From a virus (lineage: Duplodnaviria > Caudoviricetes): a stretch of DNA of 27,050 nucleotides. The stretch lies in IMG/VR virus record IMGVR_UViG_3300043775_003512, positions 1 to 27,050 of that record, one strand, 5' to 3'. This document shows, in pieces, positions 18,587-27,050 of the stretch. The notes under the pieces are model-generated. The model was not told where the DNA came from and ran no database searches. It saw only the letters and a program-made list of their open reading frames with translations. Position 1 is the first letter of the stretch. Every line of letters starts with the position of its first letter. A program made the translations under genes and the position numbers.

Positions 18587-19735
18587 ATGGCAACTTCTCA
18601 CAATTGTACTAAAAATTGCGGATGTACTGATACATACGTTGTTACACCACCTTGTCCTCCTTCATGTCCCGAAGTGTTTAATGCTTCTTGTATTGTTTAT
18701 ACAGGTACTGATATTACATGTAATGGGGATGTTGTAATCAGTCGATATGATTATATGGACACTGTTATTACTAAATTAGTAAACTATATCTGTAATACAG
18801 TAGGTCCTGTAACCACGGTTGTAGGTTCTACTTATGTTGACGTTGTACCAGCAACCGTAGGTAATGTAACAACATATACAGTATCAGTTGATATTCCGGC
18901 TTTACAAGCTTACTTTGATATTATTATTGCACAAACTATTGCATCATCATTTTTTGCTGGTCCTGGTATTAATGTAGCTGTTAATCCTATCACAAGTGCT
19001 GTTACTGTATCTCATCAAGATACATCATCTGTAGCAAATTTAAATAGTGATAACAGTGGTAATTCATTTATACAAGATATATTCTTTACATTTGATACTT
19101 TTGGACACGTTACTGGAGCATCAGTAGTACCGGGAAGTGTAATTCAACCAAATGATTTTGATAGAGCTCAGATTAATCCTGATTCAGGTTTTGTGTGGGG
19201 TCCGGATAATGATCCTACAAATATTCAGATTGCTGAAGCTCCTGGAGATACTTTAAATTTTGTAGCTGGTACTGGAATTACTCTTAATGCTAGTACTGTT
19301 CCTGGTACAGATGCTATTAGAATCACTAACTCATCACCTGCTTCAGCTGTATCTTTAACTTCCGCAGGAGGTTTGGGAACAGAATCCTTAGTTAATGATG
19401 GAGCAGGACCTACTTTAGCAAATAAAGGTTTGGCCGCAGGTTCAGGTATTACATTGACTTCAACAGCTACAGATGTTACTATTTCAGCAGATGTTCAAAA
19501 ATACAGAGAAGTTTTAATAGTACCTTTGGCTCCAGGGGGTACTGCTGTAATAACTCATAATTTAAATACTTTTGGGATTGTGGTTTCAGCAATTAATGAA
19601 GCTTTACCAGCACCTTTTGTAGTGTATACTTCACCCGCTGATTATACATATGTAATTAATAGTGCTAATCAAATTACTGTGACTAACACATCTTTAGTAG
19701 CTTTAAATAACTTTAGTATCACTGTCATAGGATAA
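18587..19735 (+). CDS. Putative tail fibre protein
   Basis: 382 aa; N-terminal module related to previous gene (SCIVYTGTDITC); repeated AGxGI[TN] beta units; FDTFGHVTG and ITHNLNT motifs typical of phage fibres. Confidence 0.7.
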   Translation: MATSHNCTKNCGCTDTYVVTPPCPPSCPEVFNASCIVYTGTDITCNGDVVISRYDYMDTVITKLVNYICNTVGPVTTVVGSTYVDVVPATVGNVTTYTVSVDIPALQAYFDIIIAQTIASSFFAGPGINVAVNPITSAVTVSHQDTSSVANLNSDNSGNSFIQDIFFTFDTFGHVTGASVVPGSVIQPNDFDRAQINPDSGFVWGPDNDPTNIQIAEAPGDTLNFVAGTGITLNASTVPGTDAIRITNSSPASAVSLTSAGGLGTESLVNDGAGPTLANKGLAAGSGITLTSTATDVTISADVQKYREVLIVPLAPGGTAVITHNLNTFGIVVSAINEALPAPFVVYTSPADYTYVINSANQITVTNTSLVALNNFSITVIG

Positions 19736-19737
19736 TA

Positions 19738-19804
19738 TTGTTACAGGTTTGTTGGTTTCTGTGACAAACAGACAAAGCCCTTGCACTTGTGAGGGCTTTG
19801 TTTT
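19738..19804 (+). ncRNA. Candidate structured small RNA: hairpin with GUUUGUUGGUUU loop followed by terminator hairpin
   Basis: Stem TTGTTACAG (19738-19746) / CTGTGACAA (19759-19767) with one G:U; 12-nt loop complementary to the AAACCAACA leader motif core. Confidence 0.45.
19772..19804 (+). terminator. Rho-independent terminator after fibre genes
   Basis: ACAAAGCCCTTGC-ACTT-GTGAGGGCTTTGT 13-bp stem (two G:U) running into T-rich sequence. Confidence 0.8.
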
Positions 19805-19817
19805 ATATGTATATTTG
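19787..19817 (+). promoter_or_regulatory. Bacteroidota primary-sigma type promoter (-33 TTG, -7 TATATTTG)
   Basis: TATATTTG at 19810-19817 matches the TAnnTTTG -7 consensus; TTG at 19787-19789 with a 20-nt spacer; upstream of the IHF-like gene. Confidence 0.5.
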
Positions 19818-19846
19818 CAGATATCATTAATTTTTAGTATATTATT

Positions 19847-20428
19847 ATGAAGACATTTAAAAAGCCTGATTTAAAAGCACCTAGGTTTAGACCAGAAACA
19901 CACAGTGTTTTAGATAAAAAATTTTTTGATGACTTTAGAAAAAAACATGCTAAGTATAAAGATTATACAAATGCTGAGTTGAGAGAGATAATAAAAGCAT
20001 TCAATAAAATGGTTTATACAACAGTGATAGAAAAAAGAGATGGTGTTCAATTACCAGAGAATGTTGGATGGCTTTTTATTGGTACTTGTCAAAAAAGTAA
20101 AAAGACAAATGTAGATTATGCAAAGTCTAACAAGTATGGAGTAACTGTTACAAATAGCAATTTTGATACTGATGGTAAACTAGCAAAAATCTTTTTTACA
20201 AACTATGCACCAAAGCACAAAATGAAAAACAGAGAATTTTGGAATTTTGTAGCATGTCGAGACTTTAAAAGATCTGTTTCTAAAAGTTATCCTGAGAATT
20301 GGAATATGTATGTAGCTGTAGATTCAACCATTAAACTAAGGAAAACCTATGAAAAAGCTGTATATAAAAGTATGGTTGTGAATAAAGAAAAACAAGCTTT
20401 AAAAAGCTATAATGAATTTGAATTATGA
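19847..20428 (+). CDS. IHF/HU-like DNA-binding protein
   Basis: 193 aa, basic; helix-helix then GVQLPENVGWLFI beta motif as in the HU/IHF fold; crAss-like phages carry such a gene next to tail ring genes. Confidence 0.6.
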   Translation: MKTFKKPDLKAPRFRPETHSVLDKKFFDDFRKKHAKYKDYTNAELREIIKAFNKMVYTTVIEKRDGVQLPENVGWLFIGTCQKSKKTNVDYAKSNKYGVTVTNSNFDTDGKLAKIFFTNYAPKHKMKNREFWNFVACRDFKRSVSKSYPENWNMYVAVDSTIKLRKTYEKAVYKSMVVNKEKQALKSYNEFEL

Positions 20429-21087
20429 CAAGTGTTGGTGAAGCAATATCTAGAGTTAGAAATGCAATAAAAGCAGTAAAAGAAGATGCATTTTTTACTG
20501 ATAGGCAAATATATTTTGTCATTAGTAAATATGCTAAAACTTTTATCAAACGAGAAGATAACCAAATGAGACTTATGAGAATGAGCTCTCTTTTTAAAGC
20601 GCTTCCTTATGTTGAACTTATTGACGTAGATAAAGTAGAAGCGGGTTGTATTGGAGTGTACTCTGGTTGTTATTTTAAAAGAAGTAAGGAAAAAATTCCT
20701 GCAATTTTAAATGGTATGTTTGGTCCTCTTATTAGAACACTATCTTCTATAGATGGTAGTATTGAACTAAGTAGAACAGAGCCGGGGATATGGGTTGCAA
20801 TGACAAAGTCAACTACTTTTAGATATAATAAAAATCCTTATTTTTGGTATCTAGATGGTTACATTTATATACCTAATGTTGATTGGGAAGCTATTAGAGT
20901 AGAAGCTATTTTTGAAAATGATGTTCCTAATTGTGACAGTGACCCTTGTCAATTAATTCAGGATCAACCTTTAAATGTTCCTGAATACTTGTATTCAGAG
21001 ATTGAACAGTATGCATTAAAAGAACTAATCATGATTGCTCAGGTGCCTGTAGATACTACAGATGACAGTCAAAATATCTTAAGATAA
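20425..21087 (+). CDS. Putative tail ring protein
   Basis: 220 aa; ISRVRNAIK...FTDRQIYF and PYFWYLDGYIYIPN...VEAIFE; ATGA and TAATG overlaps with neighbours. Confidence 0.6.
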   Translation: MTSVGEAISRVRNAIKAVKEDAFFTDRQIYFVISKYAKTFIKREDNQMRLMRMSSLFKALPYVELIDVDKVEAGCIGVYSGCYFKRSKEKIPAILNGMFGPLIRTLSSIDGSIELSRTEPGIWVAMTKSTTFRYNKNPYFWYLDGYIYIPNVDWEAIRVEAIFENDVPNCDSDPCQLIQDQPLNVPEYLYSEIEQYALKELIMIAQVPVDTTDDSQNILR

Positions 21088-22082
21088 TGGATTTTAACTA
21101 CACCCTCAAGTATAGAACTTTTGATCAACTTTTAGAAGATGTAAGAGTTGACTTGCATACTTTTGCTTTAGAAAATATGATTGAACCTCAGCAGTTGATT
21201 AAACTTGCTAGAAAGATAAACTATGATCTAGGTTTAAGAATTACTCAGCAAAAAGAAGCCCTACTAGAAGTAAGTCACGGAAAGGTAAAATTACCTGATG
21301 ACTTTTATGCTTTTAATTTTGCATTGGTTTGCGGAAGTTACATTCATTATTCAGGTTATTCAATAGGTGGAACTCATATTGAAGAAGTACCTTATAGAGA
21401 GTATCCTGCTAAAACTATTTTGAATTGTTGTGAAGCTCCTGTTGAACAACCTTGTTGTTTCAACGGAAAGGAGGGGGTTTGTGTAACTCATAATCCTGAT
21501 CAACCATATGGAGATACTTGCATTAAACCTAGAGTTTTTGTAAATAAAAAAGGTGAAGCTTATGAGTTAGTTCAGGTAGTAAATGAAGCTACTACTAGAA
21601 TTTATAGAAACACTCAACCTTTAAGAATGAAGTCTAGTCAAGAAATTGATTGTGATTGTCCAAATCTTTATTACAATACTCATAATGAAGGTTGGATAAA
21701 GTTTGGATTTTTGTATACATCTTTTCAAGAAGGTACGGTGTATATTAATTATCAAGGTCATATGGAAGATGAACATGGAAACTTAATGGTTCCTGATCAT
21801 GAGCTTCTTAATGAATATTATGAGTATGCATTAAAAGAAAGAATACTAGAGAATCTTTATATGAACGGGGAAGATGTAGCTCAAAGATTACAGCTAATAA
21901 TGCCAAAACTTAGAGCTGCTAGAAATCAAGCATTAGGTTTGGTAAATACTCCAAACTTTAAAGAAATGGAAAAACTTTGGAAAGCAAATAGAAAAGCTAT
22001 GAATGGTATGTTCTATGATATGTTCCGAAGTTATAGTCCTAATATTGGGTATAGAAATAACCATAACTCAAGAGTACTATAG
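21087..22082 (+). CDS. Putative tail tubular/ring protein (P22 gp4-like position)
   Basis: 331 aa; KVKLPDDFY and YTSFQEGTVYINYQG...DEHGNLMVPD motifs typical of crAss-like tail tubular proteins; central Cys-rich segment; precedes muzzle gene. Confidence 0.65.
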   Translation: MDFNYTLKYRTFDQLLEDVRVDLHTFALENMIEPQQLIKLARKINYDLGLRITQQKEALLEVSHGKVKLPDDFYAFNFALVCGSYIHYSGYSIGGTHIEEVPYREYPAKTILNCCEAPVEQPCCFNGKEGVCVTHNPDQPYGDTCIKPRVFVNKKGEAYELVQVVNEATTRIYRNTQPLRMKSSQEIDCDCPNLYYNTHNEGWIKFGFLYTSFQEGTVYINYQGHMEDEHGNLMVPDHELLNEYYEYALKERILENLYMNGEDVAQRLQLIMPKLRAARNQALGLVNTPNFKEMEKLWKANRKAMNGMFYDMFRSYSPNIGYRNNHNSRVL

Positions 22083-22083
22083 T

Positions 22084-25000
22084 ATGGCCAAGAAGAATCA
22101 AAATCAAAATACTAATAGTCAACAGACTAATTCTTTTATCAAAGGGTTAAATAAAGATGCTGATCCACTATTTGTACAAGAAGGTATGTGGACACATGCT
22201 CGAAATGCTGTAAATAATACAGTTGAGGGGGATCTAGGCACTATCTCTAATGAGGAGTCTAATTTTTTATGTGCAAAAGTAGGAACAACAATGGGTTCTT
22301 CTTTTGTTTACATAATAGGTAAAATCCATTTGTATAGTGATAAATGGATAGTATACAGTGTAGCTTATGATCAGTTAAATACTACACCCATTAATTCTGA
22401 AATAGGTTTATTTGAAGCAGACCAATGTATATACAGACCTATAGTTCAAGATGTGTGTCTTAACTTTAGTAAGCTTAATATAATTACAGGAGCATCAAGA
22501 TTAAAAGATGATTGTACATGGCAAGTATATTGGGCTGATGGATTAAATCCAGATAGATATTTAAATGTAGGAGATCCTCAAACTTGGCCAGCTGATGATT
22601 ACGTTTGGTTAAGCACTGGGCCTAATTCATCAAATGTAAATTACTATGGTAATGGTTCTGGTACAAATATTCTTTGGCCAGGTGTTTTTTGGATTCAAAA
22701 TTGTGAAGACCAAGGTCCTGGTTTAACATGTCAAATATGTAAAGATATTAATGAATTAGATTGTGATAAACTTAGAATAGCAAGCTTAGTAAAGACACCT
22801 TGTTTAGATATAAATTTATCATTACAACAAGGTGTAATTGAGAATGGTTCTTATGCTGTAACTGTTGCTTATGTTATTAATAGACAAAGAGTTACAAACT
22901 ATTTTTCTCCTAGTTATATACAACCGATTAAGAGTGATATTAATGAAAGAGGTTCTTTTGAAATTACGGTAGATGCTGACTCAGAACACTTTGATGAATT
23001 TGAACTTGTTGTTGTAAGATTTATAAATCAGAATCTTAGTGCTAAAAGAGTTGGTTTTTATTCAACAAGAACTAAAAAGATTGTATTAGATCAGATTCCT
23101 GAAACTGCAGCTACTGTATCTGTAGAAACTTTAATACTTCAGAATCCTGTTTTTGAAAAGTCTAATCAAATGTCTGAAGTAAATAATTATTTATTAAGAA
23201 TAGGACCTACTGGTAAATTCGATTTTAATTATCAGCCTTTAGCTAATTTAATTCAAGCAGAGTGGGTTTCAATTGAATACCCAGAAACTTATTATTTTAA
23301 TGGTGGAAAAAATGCTGGTTATCTTAGAGATGAAGTATATTCTTTCTTTATTAGATGGGTTTATAATACAGGTGACAAATCTGCATCATATCATATTCCG
23401 GGAAGACCTGCTGGGTTTTATAATTATAACGGAAACTCTGTGTTTGAATTAGCACCTTTTATTAATCAAGTAGGTGTTACTTTACCGGGAGATGAGTTGT
23501 TTTTTCAAAGTATAAATACAGCTACTATAACACAAATAAACATAAATGAACTTTTACCTGACGGAGGTAAAATTCTTTCACGAGGTAATATGGGTTATTG
23601 GGAATCAGCAGAAATATATCCAGATTTTCAACCCGATGTTTGGAATTCAAGTTCTCAATGCTGGACTCAAACTACAGATCCAAATTATGATCTTTGTGGG
23701 AAACCTATTAGACACCATAGATTTCCTGATAATGCTTTACATCCATCAACATACCATTTTGATAAAAAACCTGACGGTGAGTTTGATATAAGAATTATGG
23801 GTGTACAGTTTAAAAATATAATCTTTCCAAAAGATAATGATGGTAATGATATTCCTGGAATTGTCGGATATGAAATACTTAGAGGATCTAGACATGGTAA
23901 CAAGAGTATTCTAGCTAAAGGGATGATTAACAACTTCCGGGATTATAATCCAAGAGGTGGGGCTGCAGATTCCGATATAGTTGGTCTATATGCTAATTAT
24001 CCATTTAATACTATTGTTCCTCAACAAAACAACCTTGCAAATCCTTCGGCAGCTAATTACTTGTATAATGATCCTTTTATCACTAAAACAGATAATGATG
24101 GTGATATAGAAAATCAAAATATTCCTCTGGATATTATATCTTTCCATTCACCGGATACTAGTTTCATTAATCCATTTCTTTCCACTACTGAGTTAAAAAT
24201 ATATGGAAGTGTTCAGGGGGAAGCTATACAAGCTTTTATTGAACCTAGCAAACACCCTAAGTTTAAGCTTATATCAAATGGTATGATACCTTTTGCACTA
24301 GCAACAGGTGTTATCAATGCTTTACTGAAAGGGTTAGGTGAAGTAAAAATAAATTATCCAGCTGGAAATTATACTCGTCCTGTTTTTCCCTTAACAGCTA
24401 ATGGTTCAACTACACCTCCAACAGGACTACCAACTGTCGTAACACCTGCAGCTGGTGGAGACTATGATATTGGAGCTACTACAACAGCTGGTATACAAGC
24501 CGGTATAACTACAACAGCTTTAAATAATTATTTTAGTACCGGTGCCCCAGTACTAGATTTTCTTACAGGAGGTGCTGCTCTTGATGCAATTTTTATAGGA
24601 TCCAATAGTGTAATGCAAAATACGGGACAAATTCAACAAGCTGTTTATGAAAAAACATATACTGGTAATCAATTGCTTGGTCCTACAATCAGTGGATTTT
24701 TATCAGCAATAACAAACGGTGGTCAGCTTTTTTATTATTTCTTAGAAGGTATGCAACTTGCTGTTGATACACTTTACGCTATAATTAGAAAAAGACAATA
24801 TGCTCTTGAGATGATTGCTCATGGTGATTACTTTACTTTTGTCCCACCAAATGACTTACTAGACCGTAGATTTATTCTTGAAGAAGGTCAGTACATATTT
24901 GATCAACTTCAGGCTTTACCAGATTATATCGATAGTGGAGGAACAGTTAGAAAATACAGAATTAACAATCTTAAAAGACCTAAGTTAGCTGTACTAAGAA

Positions 25001-27050
25001 CTAAAAGGAGTAATAATACAACTTCTGGTCCACACTTTTTATTAAACTCCGATAATACAAGTATAGATCAATCTTCTATGACTTTAGGTCATGCTATTAG
25101 AACATTTAATGTACCTTTTGGTATGATTCCCGGGTCTTCTCTTTTTACACCTAATATAGTAAATTGGTCAGACTCAGGTAAAAATAAAAACTTCATAAAT
25201 AAAATAGCTAGTCACTATGTTGGTTTAAAATATAGAATTGAAAATCAATATGGGCAGGTAGATACAATTCAACAAGTAGTTGCAACACCTTGTGAACAAA
25301 AGATTGATTTTGAAGGTACTATTGGACCTAATACACTTTCAGAAACTATATTTGGAAATATTTGTAATATTCAAAACTTTTCTCAAAGAAAATTAGAAAC
25401 ACCTGCTTTTTTTGGAGGGGATACCTATGTAAATAGATTTGCAGAAAAAAACATAATGCATTTCTTTTACAACTGGCTTTATGATGTTCCAGATAATATA
25501 GAATACAACTACTTTTTAAATCAAATGGTTCCTGAACCTAAATTTCAAGTTAACAGCGTTCCTTGGGATATAAGTCAGTTTAGTCTTGCAAATATTGCAG
25601 GTCTGTTTCAATCAACACCTGACTATGGAGAAGGTTTATTACCTAACAGTTTTTATGATCTAGATAATGTTTATTACAATCTTTTTACAAACCTAAGTCT
25701 TATATATCCTGGATTTGTAGGAGTTAAAGATTCTTATTTCTATACATCAGCTAACGGAGTCAGAGACTTCTTTGTAGAGTCTGAGGTACTTGTAGACTTT
25801 AGAGAAGTTGGTACTTTCCCTTGGCAAACACCTTACAACAAGTTTAAATATACAGATTTAGAATCTCTTTTTGATTCTAATCCTGATATTTTAGCTAAGG
25901 GTAATTATTATGCTTATGATTATAGTCTAAGTGCTGCTAGGTTTTTATTTAATCAGTACTTTACGGCCGGGTTTTTACAAGGCACAACTTATAATCCAAA
26001 TGTTGCTGAGTTATGTTATGTAAGTTATCCAAACAGAATTAACTACTCTTTACAGCAACAAGAATCAGATAGTGATATAGATTCTTGGTTGATGTTTTTA
26101 CCTTTAAATAAAGTTGATTTCAAAAGCAAATTAAGCTCTGTAAAAAGTTTTGCAAAAACAGGTATGTTTATCACTTTTGAAAATGATAGCCCTCTTATAT
26201 ACCAAGGAGTAGATACACTACAATTAGACGATAGTGGTACCAAAGTTACTGTTGGTGATGCTGGTTTATTTGCACAAGCTCCACAGAATGTTGTAGTTGC
26301 AGAAAGAGCATATGAATACGGCTCTTCTCAAAATAGATTTGGGGTAATATCTACTCCGGCAGGCCTTTACTATTTATCTCAAAATCAAGGTAAGGTGCTT
26401 TCCTTTAGAGAGGGTATTCAAGAAATTTCTCAAAACGGTATGAAATGGTGGTTTAATGAATTCTTGCCTTATAAACTATTAGAAGATTTCCCTAACTATC
26501 CTCATACAGATAATCCGGTAGCTGGAATATGTTGTACTGCTAGTTATAATAATGATGACAGTGTTCTTTATTTTTCTAAGAGGGACTTTAAACTTAAAGA
26601 TGAGTTCCGAGGTTTAGTTGCATATGATTCTGAAAGAGATAACTTTACAATTCCGGCTAGTCCAGGATCTGCAAGATTGATTAATTTTAAATTGGGAGAT
26701 CTGAGATATTTTGACGATGCTTCTTGGACTACAAGTTATGATCCAAAACTTCAGTTCTGGGTAAGTTTCCATGACTGGCATCCAAGTTTCTATATGCCAA
26801 GTAAAGGTAATTTCTTAACTACCAAAGGAGATTCAATATGGAAACATGGTCCCTTCTGTAATGATTATTGTAATTTTTACGGAACTCAATATCCATTTGA
26901 GATAGAACTTCCGGTGCCTACAGGTCAAGTAATTAACACAGTAAAAAGTATTGAATATTATTTAGAATGTTACAGAAGAGATAGAAACTTATGTGTAGAT
27001 CAATTTCATGTACTAGATTATAACTTTGATTATTTAGTAGTGCATAATTC
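22084..27050 (+). CDS. Tail stabilisation/muzzle protein (3'-truncated; absent from ORF track)
   Basis: ATG 22084, MAKKNQNQNTNSQQTNSFIKGLNKDAD...ARNAVN...GTISNE; later VYWADGLNPDRYLN, YLRDEVYSFFIRW, IRHHRFP, GGDTYVNRF, WVSFHDWHP; frame still open at the window end (...QFHVLDYNFDYLVVHN), >1650 codons. Confidence 0.8.
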   Translation, partial: MAKKNQNQNTNSQQTNSFIKGLNKDADPLFVQEGMWTHARNAVNNTVEGDLGTISNEESNFLCAKVGTTMGSSFVYIIGKIHLYSDKWIVYSVAYDQLNTTPINSEIGLFEADQCIYRPIVQDVCLNFSKLNIITGASRLKDDCTWQVYWADGLNPDRYLNVGDPQTWPADDYVWLSTGPNSSNVNYYGNGSGTNILWPGVFWIQNCEDQGPGLTCQICKDINELDCDKLRIASLVKTPCLDINLSLQQGVIENGSYAVTVAYVINRQRVTNYFSPSYIQPIKSDINERGSFEITVDADSEHFDEFELVVVRFINQNLSAKRVGFYSTRTKKIVLDQIPETAATVSVETLILQNPVFEKSNQMSEVNNYLLRIGPTGKFDFNYQPLANLIQAEWVSIEYPETYYFNGGKNAGYLRDEVYSFFIRWVYNTGDKSASYHIPGRPAGFYNYNGNSVFELAPFINQVGVTLPGDELFFQSINTATITQININELLPDGGKILSRGNMGYWESAEIYPDFQPDVWNSSSQCWTQTTDPNYDLCGKPIRHHRFPDNALHPSTYHFDKKPDGEFDIRIMGVQFKNIIFPKDNDGNDIPGIVGYEILRGSRHGNKSILAKGMINNFRDYNPRGGAADSDIVGLYANYPFNTIVPQQNNLANPSAANYLYNDPFITKTDNDGDIENQNIPLDIISFHSPDTSFINPFLSTTELKIYGSVQGEAIQAFIEPSKHPKFKLISNGMIPFALATGVINALLKGLGEVKINYPAGNYTRPVFPLTANGSTTPPTGLPTVVTPAAGGDYDIGATTTAGIQAGITTTALNNYFSTGAPVLDFLTGGAALDAIFIGSNSVMQNTGQIQQAVYEKTYTGNQLLGPTISGFLSAITNGGQLFYYFLEGMQLAVDTLYAIIRKRQYALEMIAHGDYFTFVPPNDLLDRRFILEEGQYIFDQLQALPDYIDSGGTVRKYRINNLKRPKLAVLRTKRSNNTTSGPHFLLNSDNTSIDQSSMTLGHAIRTFNVPFGMIPGSSLFTPNIVNWSDSGKNKNFINKIASHYVGLKYRIENQYGQVDTIQQVVATPCEQKIDFEGTIGPNTLSETIFGNICNIQNFSQRKLETPAFFGGDTYVNRFAEKNIMHFFYNWLYDVPDNIEYNYFLNQMVPEPKFQVNSVPWDISQFSLANIAGLFQSTPDYGEGLLPNSFYDLDNVYYNLFTNLSLIYPGFVGVKDSYFYTSANGVRDFFVESEVLVDFREVGTFPWQTPYNKFKYTDLESLFDSNPDILAKGNYYAYDYSLSAARFLFNQYFTAGFLQGTTYNPNVAELCYVSYPNRINYSLQQQESDSDIDSWLMFLPLNKVDFKSKLSSVKSFAKTGMFITFENDSPLIYQGVDTLQLDDSGTKVTVGDAGLFAQAPQNVVVAERAYEYGSSQNRFGVISTPAGLYYLSQNQGKVLSFREGIQEISQNGMKWWFNEFLPYKLLEDFPNYPHTDNPVAGICCTASYNNDDSVLYFSKRDFKLKDEFRGLVAYDSERDNFTIPASPGSARLINFKLGDLRYFDDASWTTSYDPKLQFWVSFHDWHPSFYMPSKGNFLTTKGDSIWKHGPFCNDYCNFYGTQYPFEIELPVPTGQVINTVKSIEYYLECYRRDRNLCVDQFHVLDYNFDYLVVHN

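Noticed and set aside
17144-19735. Diversity-generating retroelement target in fibre genes
   Set aside because: No reverse transcriptase and no template/variable repeat pair differing at adenines is visible in this window.
322-26243. Short alternative-frame and minus-strand ORFs in the track (e.g. 347-544, 5214-5486, 6826-7104, 7393-7719, 11630-11977, 13824-14165, 23546-23791, 23685-23933, 26043-26243)
   Set aside because: They overlap well-supported + strand genes, have no recognisable motifs and look like shadow ORFs.
1-27050. Stop-codon reassignment (TAG or TGA), known in some crAss-like phages
   Set aside because: Genes are full length under the standard code. TAG (2513, 10273, 10518, 22082) and TGA (10802, 20428) end ORFs right where the next gene starts.
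1-27050. tRNA or rRNA genes
   Set aside because: Intergenic gaps are at most about 110 bp and show no cloverleaf or T-loop signature.

Overview
AT-rich (~30-33% GC by eye) segment of a dsDNA tailed phage genome, almost certainly a crAss-like (Crassvirales-related) phage of Bacteroidota. All credible genes lie on the + strand and form the virion morphogenesis module: putative terminase small subunit (5'-truncated), terminase large subunit, portal, scaffold-like protein, major capsid protein, a block of seven small very basic proteins interrupted by an endonuclease VII-type gene, ring/adaptor protein, ferritin/Dps-like protein, putative auxiliary capsid protein, unusually cysteine-rich tail hub/fibre proteins (one with a C1q-like domain), an IHF/HU-like protein, two tail ring proteins and a >1650-aa muzzle/tail stabilisation protein that runs off the 3' end and is missing from the ORF track. 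Most notable: (i) an identical 13-mer TAAAAAACCAACA sits at the translation start of three genes, and an intergenic hairpin at 19738-19767 displays the complement of its core (GUUUGUUGGUUU) in its loop just before a terminator, suggesting a phage small-RNA/leader-motif regulatory system; (ii) the endonuclease VII gene is bracketed by a 14-bp direct repeat that duplicates the 3' end (KWNC-stop) of the upstream gene; (iii) a modular 615-aa protein with ~50 Cys within a Cys-rich gene block. Functional calls come from motif recognition and gene order, not database searches.
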